A DNA stretch of 64,000 nt from Acidobacteriota bacterium (GTDB taxonomy: Bacteria; Bacteroidota; Ignavibacteria; UBA10030; UBA8401): positions 19,563 to 83,562 of the forward strand of contig JBLMZA010000094.1 of NCBI GenBank assembly GCA_050258555.1, given 5' to 3'. A program made the position numbers and the translations under genes. Below the pieces are notes generated by a model. It made no database searches and was not told where the DNA came from. It worked only from the letters and a program-made list of their open reading frames with translations. Shown here piece by piece: positions 10,126-19,387 of this stretch (positions are counted from its first letter, which is position 1; each line of letters starts with the position of its first letter).

Positions 10126-10243
10126 CGCGCATGCGCATGCCGTATGGCGCGCGCATGCAAGAGCAATGGAAACAAATGTGTGTCTGTTGGAAAAAAAAGT
10201 TCAAGCAATACATATTCGCACTTCACACCAGAGGGTGTTTACC

Positions 10244-12370
10244 ATGAATACTAAAAAACTACTGGCTCTTCTTGTACTGTTCGCATCGATGTCCGTTGTG
10301 GCGCAGGACCGCAAATACGATCCGCCGCCGATGCTGATGGATGTCGGCAACTTCAATCTGTCGTTCAACAAGCTCATGGGTGAAGGCGGACTGCAGACGC
10401 AGTTCAGCTGGATGCTCACGGGCGACGACCGGCAGAAGACCGAAATCTTCTACTGGCCCGCCGATCAGTGGCAGTCGAACATGCTCTATCAGATCTTCAA
10501 CCCCCTGGTGCTCGACGAAAACGGCATCATCAACCAGTTCGGCGCCAAGCGTCCGATGTATGTGTCGACGGGCAACGACGCGCTGACCAATCCGGGCACG
10601 ACCGACTGGGGGCGCGAAGTGCGCCGCTACCGTCCGCCGGTGATCACCGTCGACGGGATCCCCTTGACGCCTCCCTACAATTGGTCTGTCGACCCTTCGC
10701 TCAAGTCCGATATCAAGATCGAGTTCGAGGACGTGCTCGGACAGTTCGGCATCCGAAGCCATGTGGAAGTCTTCGCCTTCTCGACGCCGGGCTATGCCGA
10801 CTTCTTCATCTGGAAGGCGACGCACAAATTCACCGGCGAATTGAAGGTGCCGCGCCAGGCCGCGAAGACCGACTCGCTGCCCGATCAGACGATCCGCTTC
10901 TGGTGGCCGCTCGCATTCTCCTTCGGACCGTCGAAGGCCGGAGAGCGCATCGTGACGGGAAGCTTCACCTATGAGGGACAGGATGACCTGGACAGCTGGT
11001 TTTCCCGCCCCTCGCAGCTCGTGGCAAACCGTTCGCGCAACAATCTGATGGTTGCGTACTATTACGATTACAAGGCCTCGGGCGCTGCGGCTTATCCCAA
11101 CGGTTCGACCGATGATATGGGCGATCCCGACCGCGTGACCGGCATCCTGCACTCGCCCCAGGTTCCGGGCTACACGCTGCTCTATGCCGACAAGGCGTAT
11201 AACGAGAAGACGGATGATCCGGCGCAGCCCTATGCCATGCCCCATGCCGGCATTCAGGCCGATCTCTGGAACCGCCGCGATGTCGGACTGCTCCAGACCT
11301 ACAGAGGCGATGACACGCGCGGACGCTTCCCCCTGGATCCGATCACGGCCGGCCTCCTGACCAAGCCCGATTACGGTCCGATGCGCTTCATCACCGTCGG
11401 CCCGTACTCGCTCACGCTCAACCGCGCGCAGAAGCGCGCCGATTCCGTGACATTCGTCTACGCCGTGGGCGCAGGCTCGATGGGTGCGAAGATGGCCGAT
11501 TCAGTGGGACGCTTATGGATGAACAAGCAGTTGACCGATGCGCAGAAAGACACGATGTATCTCACGATGGGACGCGATTCGCTCTTCAGGGTGCTCGACC
11601 GCGCCAACCTGGCGTGGGACCGCATGAACCGCGGACTCGCGATTCCTGCCGCTCCGGCGCCGCCGGATATCGCCGTCACATCGGGTCCGGACCGCATCAC
11701 GGTTTCCTGGACGTATGATCCCGCCTACTATAAGGATGCCAACACGGGCGTCGATGACTGGTATGCCTGGAGGGTCTACCGCAAGCGCGGCGCGCTTCTG
11801 GTCAACGATCCGGCCGATCAGCGCAATGCCGACAAGTGGGAGCTCATCACGGAAATCCGCGACCGTGCAACCATGTCGTACGTCGATCAGACCGTGCAGC
11901 GCGGCGTCGATTATTATTATGCCGTCACGGCCGTGGATAACGGCACGCAGAACGACACGGGCATCGATACGGGCGTGAAGCTTGAAAGCTCGCGCTATGT
12001 GACGCGCTCGCTTCTGCCGGCTGTCTCATTCAAGCCGGGGCTTTCGGAATCGGGCAAGGTGCGCGTGGTGCCGAATCCGGCGACGATCGCCGCCGGCAGC
12101 TACAAGGGCACGGCGGGATTTTCCGGATCGGCCAACAAGATCCTGTTTGTGAACCTGCCGGTCAAATGCACGCTCCGGATCTTCACCGAGACGGGCGACC
12201 TGGTCAGGCAGTTCGAGCATTACGGCACGGCCGATGAGCAGTGGGACCAGCGCACCGACAACAACCAGTTCGTCACCTCCGGCATCTACATTCTTGCCGT
12301 GACCGACGCCCAGTCGCTCGAGGGAGCGAAGCTTGACAACCAGTTCGTGAAATTTGTGATCGTGCGCTGA
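10244..12370 (+). CDS. secreted protein with FN3-like domain and T9SS C-terminal domain (T9SS cargo)
   Basis: Signal peptide MNTKKLLALLVLFASMSVVAQ. FN3-like segment DIAVTSGPDRITVSWTYDP. The C-terminus VVPNPA...LRIFTETGDLV...WDQRTDNNQFVTSGIYIL...KFVIVR resembles a T9SS CTD. The start was moved to the ATG at 10244. Confidence 0.6.
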   Translation: MNTKKLLALLVLFASMSVVAQDRKYDPPPMLMDVGNFNLSFNKLMGEGGLQTQFSWMLTGDDRQKTEIFYWPADQWQSNMLYQIFNPLVLDENGIINQFGAKRPMYVSTGNDALTNPGTTDWGREVRRYRPPVITVDGIPLTPPYNWSVDPSLKSDIKIEFEDVLGQFGIRSHVEVFAFSTPGYADFFIWKATHKFTGELKVPRQAAKTDSLPDQTIRFWWPLAFSFGPSKAGERIVTGSFTYEGQDDLDSWFSRPSQLVANRSRNNLMVAYYYDYKASGAAAYPNGSTDDMGDPDRVTGILHSPQVPGYTLLYADKAYNEKTDDPAQPYAMPHAGIQADLWNRRDVGLLQTYRGDDTRGRFPLDPITAGLLTKPDYGPMRFITVGPYSLTLNRAQKRADSVTFVYAVGAGSMGAKMADSVGRLWMNKQLTDAQKDTMYLTMGRDSLFRVLDRANLAWDRMNRGLAIPAAPAPPDIAVTSGPDRITVSWTYDPAYYKDANTGVDDWYAWRVYRKRGALLVNDPADQRNADKWELITEIRDRATMSYVDQTVQRGVDYYYAVTAVDNGTQNDTGIDTGVKLESSRYVTRSLLPAVSFKPGLSESGKVRVVPNPATIAAGSYKGTAGFSGSANKILFVNLPVKCTLRIFTETGDLVRQFEHYGTADEQWDQRTDNNQFVTSGIYILAVTDAQSLEGAKLDNQFVKFVIVR

Positions 12371-12411
12371 CCTTGAAAGCGTGCATGCGAATAAAATTAT
12401 TGGAGACTTTT

Positions 12412-13422
12412 ATGAAACTCAGCATACGAACATGTTCTGCGGTCTTCCTGGCTTCGCTTCTGTGCGCAAGTGCGGGCGTATCGCAAATACAAAAAAAGGC
12501 GCAGGTCGGCTTCCGCTTCCTCGAAAATCCCACGGCCGCCGAAGCCGTGGGCCGGGGCGGCACCGGCATATTGACCACGATGAACTCGAACGCGCTCTTC
12601 TGGAATCCGGCTCTGACCGGCTGGCAAACGAGCGCGGTCGATCTGAGCCTGAATCACACGCGCTACATCGCCGACATCAACTACAGCGCGGGGGCGGCCA
12701 CATTCCGTCTCGGCTCATTCGGCGTCCTGGGCGCGAGCCTGCTCATGATGGATTACGGCACGTTCTACCAGACCTATGCCGTCGACAAGTCGGTCAATGA
12801 GCAGGGGTATGTGGAAACCGGCACATTCTCGCCGAAGTCGTACGCGCTCGGGCTCTCGTTTTCGCAGCAGGTGAGCGACCGCTTCAGCTACGGCGTACAA
12901 CTCAAGTACGTGGCCCAGGATCTGGGCGATGCCTGGGTGGCGCAGGATGTGAACATCGTCGAGCGCGGCTACAAGGCCAACGCCATGGCGCTCGATATCG
13001 GCGCCGTCTATGATTTCGCCTACAAGGGCATCAAGTTCGCCGCGACGATGCAGAACATCTCGAAGGAGATCCGCTATGAAAACGAATCCTTCCCGCTTCC
13101 CTTCGCCGTGAGCTTCGGCGCCTGCGTGCAGCCGCTGACGTTCATCGATGAATCGGATGCGATGAAGGCCTTGATGCTCACCGTCGAGAGCCGCCACCAG
13201 CGCGATTTCGGCGAGAAGCTCAAAGTCGGCGCCGAATACAAGGCGTACGAATTCTTTGCGCTGCGCGCCGGATACATGACGGGCTATGACGAGCGCGGAT
13301 TCACGGCCGGCCTCGGCATCACCTATCCGGTTTCGGGCGTGCCGCTCCGGGCCGACTACGCCTATGAGCCCTTCGGCGTTTTCGGCGGCGTGCATTATCT
13401 TTCGCTCGGCGTGAGCTATTAA
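12412..13422 (+). CDS. FadL/PorV-like outer-membrane beta-barrel protein
   Basis: Signal peptide. The N-terminal hatch-like segment ...AEAVGRGGTG...SNALFWNPALTGW carries the NPA motif typical of FadL/TodX/PorV-family barrels. The sequence has the alternating amphipathic pattern of beta strands and a C-terminal aromatic residue. It is a paralog of the protein at 45286..46236. The start was moved to the ATG at 12412. Confidence 0.5.
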   Translation: MKLSIRTCSAVFLASLLCASAGVSQIQKKAQVGFRFLENPTAAEAVGRGGTGILTTMNSNALFWNPALTGWQTSAVDLSLNHTRYIADINYSAGAATFRLGSFGVLGASLLMMDYGTFYQTYAVDKSVNEQGYVETGTFSPKSYALGLSFSQQVSDRFSYGVQLKYVAQDLGDAWVAQDVNIVERGYKANAMALDIGAVYDFAYKGIKFAATMQNISKEIRYENESFPLPFAVSFGACVQPLTFIDESDAMKALMLTVESRHQRDFGEKLKVGAEYKAYEFFALRAGYMTGYDERGFTAGLGITYPVSGVPLRADYAYEPFGVFGGVHYLSLGVSY

Positions 13423-13453
13423 GGGCGCACGCCCCGCTGTGCTGCATATTGAA

Positions 13454-13506
13454 TGTGACAGCTTTCTTCTGTATCATTGAAGGAATAAGGCTGTCACATT
13501 TTTTTT
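13454..13506 (+). terminator. rho-independent terminator candidate
   Basis: TGTGACAGC (13454-13462) pairs with GCTGTCACA (13490-13498); the loop contains an inner CTTC/GAAG pairing. An 8-nt T run follows at 13499-13506. Confidence 0.5.
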
Positions 13507-13523
13507 GTCGCCCGTGTGCTTTC

Positions 13524-14609
13524 ATGCGCCTACTTTTACGATCCATTCAAACGTATCCCCTGCGCTATCTGGCCCTTGTCGTTGCGGCGGCCTTCGCCCT
13601 GACGCTCTATCCCTTCAATTTTTTTCAGCGCAACCAGGTATCCTTTTCCGACGGCATGACATTCGCGCTTCCGGGCACGGCCTACACGCTCCATGCCCAC
13701 GAGGCGCTCTCGTTTCTCTATCAGTTCACCTTTTTTCTCCGTGTGACGCCGGCACTGGACGACGCCCCCCGCGTCATGCGCATCATGGGCTCGGGCCCGG
13801 ATTTCTACAATCAGAATTTCTCGATCGGACAGTACAGAAACCAGCTCGTCATCCAGTTCTTCAGCCGCGATTCGAAGCAGTTCAATGAAATCACCGTGCC
13901 CGAGGTGTTCCGGGAGAAGGAGCCCGTGTGGATCGCGCTCACATTCAACGGCACGACCGTGCGCTGCTATGTGGACGGAAGGAAGAAGGCCGAGCGCCGG
14001 ACCGGTCCCATGGCGCTCACGCAGTGGGATTCGACCTATCCGATCGTCTTCGGCACCGATCCGGCCGGGCTTCTGCAATGGGAAGGCACGGTGCATACGG
14101 CCGCGATTTACGACCGCGCCTTCAAGGCGTCGGAGGTGCGGAGGCCCGACTTGATTTTTAGAAAATATTCTTCTATCATCCACTATCACTTCGGCCGTCG
14201 CACAGGACAGTATGTGGCATCGCGGGGCACGGATCGTGATTCGGTGTTCGTGCCGGCGCTTTTCAAGCCCTACAACCGGAGCACACTGTTTGATCCATTT
14301 CGATTATTGGGGAGGCAGCGTTTGTATGTTCGCGATATCGTTGCCAATATTATTTTCTTCCTGCCTGTTGGATTATTTTCGGCATTGGCGCTCAGGCGCA
14401 GCATTACCAGGTTCGTCGTCGTCCTCCTGCTCTCGGCGGCAGCGGGCATGGCGTTGAGCATCAGCGTTGAGACGCTGCAGATATTTCTGTCAAGCCGTTT
14501 CTCGAGCATCGTCGATGTGCTGAGCAATACCGCCGGCACGGTCATCGGCGCGTGCATCACGCTTGTTCTTCCCCGGCGTGCGGGCTTCGGCGCTGAAGAA
14601 AAAAAATAA
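13524..14609 (+). CDS. membrane protein: N-terminal ConA-like/LamG lectin domain fused to C-terminal VanZ-like domain
   Basis: N-terminal transmembrane helix. The LamG-like signature is WIALTFNGTTVRCYVDGRKK...WEGTVHTAAIYDRAFKASEV. The C-terminus RDIVANIIFFLPVGLF...ETLQIFLSSRFSSIVDVLSNTAGTVIG matches the VanZ family. The start was moved to 13524 (MRLLL), downstream of the terminator T-run. Confidence 0.55.
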   Translation: MRLLLRSIQTYPLRYLALVVAAAFALTLYPFNFFQRNQVSFSDGMTFALPGTAYTLHAHEALSFLYQFTFFLRVTPALDDAPRVMRIMGSGPDFYNQNFSIGQYRNQLVIQFFSRDSKQFNEITVPEVFREKEPVWIALTFNGTTVRCYVDGRKKAERRTGPMALTQWDSTYPIVFGTDPAGLLQWEGTVHTAAIYDRAFKASEVRRPDLIFRKYSSIIHYHFGRRTGQYVASRGTDRDSVFVPALFKPYNRSTLFDPFRLLGRQRLYVRDIVANIIFFLPVGLFSALALRRSITRFVVVLLLSAAAGMALSISVETLQIFLSSRFSSIVDVLSNTAGTVIGACITLVLPRRAGFGAEEKK

Positions 14610-14721
14610 CGAGAAAAGAGACGTCACTCAGGCACCATTGACGCATGATTGTGTGTTAGAGACAGAGCGGAACGAGCATCACCGCCATCATCCAATCACA
14701 GCAGAAGGAACCAGGAAGCCT

Positions 14722-15741
14722 ATGATGACAAGCAGGGAAGTGCTGATGATCGATGCGGAACGCGAGATCGAACGGATCGCCCATACGATCAGAACAACCG
14801 TCCGCCAGAGTGTCCGGCGAAGAGGCGCCGTTGTCGGCGTCTCCGGAGGGATCGACAGCGCAGTCTGCGCGGCGCTCTGCGTGCGCGCCTTCGGCAGCGC
14901 CAATGTGCTGGCGCTGCTGATGCCGGAACGCGATTCGAGCGAGACCTCGAAACGGCTGGGCAGGGAGCTCGCCGAACGGTTTTCCATCCCGTGCATCGAG
15001 GAGGATATCACGCCCGTGCTCGAGGGCGCCGGATGCTACAGGCGCCAGCTTGAAGCGATCCGCAAAGTCTTTCCGGACTACGGCGAAGGATGGAAAAACA
15101 AAGTGGTGCTGCCGTCCATTCTGGACGGCGACCGGCTCAACGTGTCGCGCCTCACGGTGCAATCGCCCGACGGATCGTTCAGGACGGAGCGGCTGCCGAT
15201 GGATGAATATCTGCAGCTCATTGCCGCCACGAACTTCAAACAGCGCATCCGCGCGATGATGGAATACTATCATGCCGACCGGCTCAACTACGCCGTGTGC
15301 GGCACGCCCAACCGGCTTGAATACGACCAGGGTTTCTTCGTCAAAGGCGGCGACGGGCTCGCCGATTTCAAGCCGATTGCCCACCTCTATAAAACGCAAG
15401 TCTACCAGCTCGGCGCGGCGCTCGGCATTCCGGAGGGCATCCTGAAGCGCACACCCACCACCGACACGTATTCGCTTGAGCAGACGCAGGAGGAATTCTA
15501 CTTTGCGCTGCCCTATGAAAAGATGGATCTCTGCCTGTATTCCTATAACAACGACGTCGGTCCCGGCGAAGCGGCCGAAGCGCTCGGTCTTTCTTCCGAA
15601 CAGGTGCTGCGCGTCTACAGGGATATCGAAGCGAAGCGGCGCGCGACATTGGCGCTGCATCTTCCGGCTTTGACGATGGAGCCGGTCGAACCGATCACAT
15701 CCATGATCGAGGAGAGCAAGAAGGCGGTCTTCGCTTCCTGA
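14722..15741 (+). CDS. NadE-like PP-loop ATP pyrophosphatase (NAD synthetase family, putative amidating enzyme)
   Basis: The PP-loop motif VVGVSGGIDSAVCAAL (SGGxDS) is present and the overall layout is NadE-like. The start was moved to the ATG at 14722 (RBS AGGAAG), which removes the overlap with the upstream gene. Confidence 0.6.
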   Translation: MMTSREVLMIDAEREIERIAHTIRTTVRQSVRRRGAVVGVSGGIDSAVCAALCVRAFGSANVLALLMPERDSSETSKRLGRELAERFSIPCIEEDITPVLEGAGCYRRQLEAIRKVFPDYGEGWKNKVVLPSILDGDRLNVSRLTVQSPDGSFRTERLPMDEYLQLIAATNFKQRIRAMMEYYHADRLNYAVCGTPNRLEYDQGFFVKGGDGLADFKPIAHLYKTQVYQLGAALGIPEGILKRTPTTDTYSLEQTQEEFYFALPYEKMDLCLYSYNNDVGPGEAAEALGLSSEQVLRVYRDIEAKRRATLALHLPALTMEPVEPITSMIEESKKAVFAS

Positions 15742-15797
15742 GTTCCACGTTGATCCGATAGACAATCCATTCCAGACTATTTTTCATAAGGACCGGT

Positions 15798-16058
15798 ATG
15801 ATACAAGAACATGTGCGAGAACAGGTGCAGCAGTTCATACAGAAGAATTTCACGTTCGATGATACGCGCACGATCGACGGCTCGACGTCGCTTCTGGGCT
15901 CGGGCATCATCGATTCGACCGGCATTCTTGAACTCATCGGATTTCTGGAGACGACATACGGACTCAAATTCCAGGACAACGAGCTTGTGGGCGACAACTT
16001 CGATTCGATCGATCGGATCGTGCAGTTCCTTTCCACGAAAATGAACGGGACCCATTAA
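15798..16058 (+). CDS. acyl carrier protein / peptidyl carrier protein
   Basis: 86 aa. It carries the phosphopantetheine-attachment motif LGSGIIDSTGILELIGFLE, with the Ser in a DS context. Confidence 0.7.
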   Translation: MIQEHVREQVQQFIQKNFTFDDTRTIDGSTSLLGSGIIDSTGILELIGFLETTYGLKFQDNELVGDNFDSIDRIVQFLSTKMNGTH

Positions 16059-16173
16059 GGCGCGGGCCCGGCGGCGGCGTACAGAAGACGGATCACAAAG
16101 AAAAGAAACGAAGCGAAGGCGTACGGCAATCCAGCGGGCGGTGCATTCATTTTTTTTGGAAGGGATCTTGTCG

Positions 16174-17685
16174 ATGCTGATACATGAATACCTCTCACAA
16201 GCGGCCGAACGCATGCCGGAAAAAACGGCGCTGGTCTGCGGCAAGATGCGCGCCTCCTACCGCATGCTTCATGAGCGCGCGAAAAACTTCGCCGCATTCC
16301 TGCGCACGCAGGAGCTGGAAAAAGGCGACCGCGTGGCCGTCTATATCGATACGAGCATCGAAACGGTGACGGCGATCTTCGGCATTCTGGAAGCGGGAGG
16401 CTGCCTGGTGATCGTCAACCCCTCGACGCATTCCGAACGGCTCGGATTCATTCTCAACGACGCCGGAGCGAAGTTCGTCATTGCCTCGGTCGACAAGCTT
16501 GCCGTCGTCGAGCAGGCGGTCAAGCAGTGCCAGACATCGCCCGGGCTGATCCTGACCGGTCCGGTCGAAGACGACGACCGCTATATGAGCTTCGAGCAGG
16601 CCACCAATACGCTGCTTCCCTTCACGCCCGTCAAGGTGATCGACAACGATCTGGCGGCGATCATCTACACCTCCGGCTCGACAGGCAAGCCCAAGGGCGT
16701 CACGCATCTGCACCGCACGATCAACGTCGTGGTGGAAACCGTGGCCGACTACCTCTGCCACAGTGAAGAGGATGTGGTGCTCGGCGTGCTTCCGCTCTCA
16801 TCGAGCTACGGGCTCCTTCAGGTGCTCGTCACATTCTACACGTGCGGCAGGATCGTGCTCGAGCGCGGCTTCGGCTATCCGTATGAAATCATACAGCGCA
16901 TGAAGGAGGAAGGCGTCACCGGCTTTGCCGGCGCGCCGACGGTCTATGCGATCATCCTGAAGCTCGAGGGGCTCGAGCGCGAGGATTTTTCGCGCCTGCG
17001 CTACATCACCAATGCCGCGGCCGCGATGCCGGCGCCGTTCATTCCGCAATTGCGCAGGATCTTTCCTTCCACGAAGATCTACCTGATGCACGGGCTCACC
17101 GAATGCCTGCGCACGACATTCCTTCCGCCCGATGAAATCGACGCGAAGCCGACGTCCGTCGGGTGCGGCATGAAGAACGTCGAGTTGTGGCTCGAGGATC
17201 AGGCGGGCAACCGCGTGGCGAAGGGGCAGGTCGGCGAAATGATGGTGCGCGGATCGAACATCATGCAGGGCTACTGGAACGATCCCGAAGGCACATCCAG
17301 GGTCCTGAAGCCGGGCCGCTATCCATGGGAGAAGGTCTTGCGCACGCGCGATCTCTTCATCGAGGATGAGGAAGGGTACTTCCATTTCGTCTCGCGCGAG
17401 GATGAGCTCATCAAGAGCCGGGGCGAAAAAGTCTCTCCGGTCGAAGTCGAGGACGTGCTCTACCGGCTCGATGCGGTGCAGGAAACGCGCGTGATCGGCG
17501 TGCCCGACGGCGTGCTCGGGCAGGCAATCAGGGCCGAAATCGTGCTGAAGGAACATCACACGCTCACCGCCCAGGAAGTGAAGGCGCACTGCAGGAAGAA
17601 CATCGAGGATTTCAAGGTGCCGCACCACATCGAGTTCGTCCAGTCGCTGCCGAAGACGCAGGGAGGAAAGATCAAGCGCTCCTGA
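16174..17685 (+). CDS. AMP-dependent synthetase/ligase (acyl-CoA/acyl-ACP synthetase family)
   Basis: AMP-binding motif IIYTSGSTGKPKGV, plus the conserved YGLTE and ...GEK... C-terminal motifs. The start was moved to the ATG at 16174 (GGAAGGGA RBS). Confidence 0.8.
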   Translation: MLIHEYLSQAAERMPEKTALVCGKMRASYRMLHERAKNFAAFLRTQELEKGDRVAVYIDTSIETVTAIFGILEAGGCLVIVNPSTHSERLGFILNDAGAKFVIASVDKLAVVEQAVKQCQTSPGLILTGPVEDDDRYMSFEQATNTLLPFTPVKVIDNDLAAIIYTSGSTGKPKGVTHLHRTINVVVETVADYLCHSEEDVVLGVLPLSSSYGLLQVLVTFYTCGRIVLERGFGYPYEIIQRMKEEGVTGFAGAPTVYAIILKLEGLEREDFSRLRYITNAAAAMPAPFIPQLRRIFPSTKIYLMHGLTECLRTTFLPPDEIDAKPTSVGCGMKNVELWLEDQAGNRVAKGQVGEMMVRGSNIMQGYWNDPEGTSRVLKPGRYPWEKVLRTRDLFIEDEEGYFHFVSREDELIKSRGEKVSPVEVEDVLYRLDAVQETRVIGVPDGVLGQAIRAEIVLKEHHTLTAQEVKAHCRKNIEDFKVPHHIEFVQSLPKTQGGKIKRS

Positions 17686-17702
17686 TGCGGCCTTTGGCGG
17701 CG

Positions 17703-18074
17703 TTATTGGTTCGGCGTCGGCTCGGCGATCGATGTGATGAGGTTGATGAGCGTCTTGATCTCGAACGGCTTTTCCAGAAACGCGTAGGCTCCTTTCTCCT
17801 TCGCTTCGGTGACGACGGCCGGCGCCGTGTAGCCGGAGATCATGATGACCTTCGCGCCCGCATTGATCTTGCGCACCTCACCGAGCACGTCCATGCCGCT
17901 GGTGGTGGGCAGTCCGAGATCGAGAATGACGACATCGGGACGATGCTCCTTGTAGAGTTCGATGCTCCGGGGGCCGTCGGCGGTAATGAAAAGTTCGTGT
18001 CCCGCATGATGGAGTACATTGCTCAATGCGTTGAGCACGAGTTCGTCGTCGTCGATGATCAATATCTTTGCCAT
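17703..18074 (-). CDS. single-domain CheY-like response regulator receiver
   Basis: 123 aa. The sequence KILIIDDDELV...DVVILDLGLP...KVIMISGY...KPF contains the conserved Asp and Lys positions of receiver domains. Confidence 0.75.
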   Translation of the reverse strand: MAKILIIDDDELVLNALSNVLHHAGHELFITADGPRSIELYKEHRPDVVILDLGLPTTSGMDVLGEVRKINAGAKVIMISGYTAPAVVTEAKEKGAYAFLEKPFEIKTLINLITSIAEPTPNQ

Positions 18075-18141
18075 GGCAGTCGTTCCTTGGTCGTCTTGAT
18101 TGGTGTAGAAATATCTTCGTTCAAACGTTCCTCTCTCCTTC

Positions 18142-19374
18142 TCAGCGTTCCTCCATTTCGCGCGCGGTGCGCACCCATTCTCCCGAGCGTTCCTGGCGCG
18201 CCAGTTTCAGATACAGCTTCGCCTTCCACCAGACATACTGCGGAATCGTCGAAAGCGTGCGCGCCAGCGACGGATCTTCCGAGACCTTCACGCCTCCGCT
18301 CACATGCAGGATGCCCGAAAGCATCGCCGCACTCCAGGCAATCGTCCACCACAGCAGGCTCTGACTTCCGCCTGAGGCCCAGGCAAGAAGCGACAGGAGG
18401 GCGAGCGTGATCGATCCGGCCATCATCGTGACGAATGCCGGCATCACAAGGTCGATGAATGCGTCGCCGAGCACCCAGGAGCGCCGAAGAAGCGCCGCAG
18501 AAAGCAGCACACGGGCGTAGCGGCGGATCACCGGCAGGCGTCCGCCTTCCCAGCGCGCGCGCTGGCTTTCGGCGTTCGACGCCTCTTCCGGCATGACGGC
18601 AAGCGCGCATGCGCCGGGCACAAACACCGGCGCGTATCCCGCAAGAAGCATCTGCAAGCCGTATTCGAGATCCTCGGCCTTTGAAAACGCGCGCCACGGC
18701 ACATGTTCCATCGCCTGGCGTGTGAAGCACATGCCGTTTCCCTTCAACCCGGCGGAGAGTCCCATGGCTTTGCGCCCGAGCGGCCGCACATAATTATGGA
18801 GCACGAAGCTCAGGCGCAATGCCTCGGCTGTCCAGGATCCGGTGCGCGAGGGAGCCGCAAGGTCGCTCGTTTGCATCACGTGTGCGCCGCTTTCTATTGC
18901 AACATTGAGCATGGCCAGATAGTTGCCCGAAACAATCGTATCGGCATCGATCACGATGAGCGCGTCGAAATCCGCGGCAGAGGAGGCGCCAAGCAGACGC
19001 TCGAATGCCCAGCGCAGCGCGTGGCCCTTGCCCCGCTGCGCCGCGTCCGTGCGCTCCATGACGCGCGCGCCTTCCTCGCGTGCAAGCGCTGCGGTCGCAT
19101 CGGTGCAGTTATCGGCGATGACGACGCGCTCAAAAAGATGCCGGGGATAGTCGACCGATGCGAGGCTGCGAAGCGTCGTCCTGATCGATGAGGCTTCATT
19201 ATGCGCCGGCACAAGAAAGAGAAATTTCCTCAGACACCGTGTCTCCGGTTCGGCGGCCGCATTGCGGCTGCGACGTTTCTGAAACAGCGCGGCACCGGTG
19301 AGAAATGCCAGATACAGAAGCGGCATTCCGAAGAGGAGGAAGAAGATACCTTGGAATGTATGAACGATGAACAT
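18142..19374 (-). CDS. membrane-bound family 2 glycosyltransferase
   Basis: N-terminal transmembrane helix. GT2 motifs FLVPAHNEASSI, DADTIV and the RARWEGG region (QxxRW-like) are present. The start was moved to the ATG at 19374. Confidence 0.65.
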   Translation of the reverse strand: MFIVHTFQGIFFLLFGMPLLYLAFLTGAALFQKRRSRNAAAEPETRCLRKFLFLVPAHNEASSIRTTLRSLASVDYPRHLFERVVIADNCTDATAALAREEGARVMERTDAAQRGKGHALRWAFERLLGASSAADFDALIVIDADTIVSGNYLAMLNVAIESGAHVMQTSDLAAPSRTGSWTAEALRLSFVLHNYVRPLGRKAMGLSAGLKGNGMCFTRQAMEHVPWRAFSKAEDLEYGLQMLLAGYAPVFVPGACALAVMPEEASNAESQRARWEGGRLPVIRRYARVLLSAALLRRSWVLGDAFIDLVMPAFVTMMAGSITLALLSLLAWASGGSQSLLWWTIAWSAAMLSGILHVSGGVKVSEDPSLARTLSTIPQYVWWKAKLYLKLARQERSGEWVRTAREMEER

Positions 19375-19387
19375 GCGTCTCTCGTGC

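Noticed and set aside
10126-10164. GC-rich palindromic repeats (GCGCATGC x3) after the GH18 #1 stop as a terminator
   Set aside because: Self-complementary GCGCATGC units can form an 8-bp stem, but no T-run follows and the next gene starts 80 nt downstream. It is more likely an intercistronic structure or REP-like sequence. Confidence is too low for a feature call.
13449-14609. Overlap of the ORFs 13449..14609 and 14563..15741 suggested a programmed frameshift or fused gene
   Set aside because: Both genes have better downstream starts (13524 after the terminator T-run; 14722 with an AGGAAG RBS), which removes the overlap. No slippery heptamer is seen.
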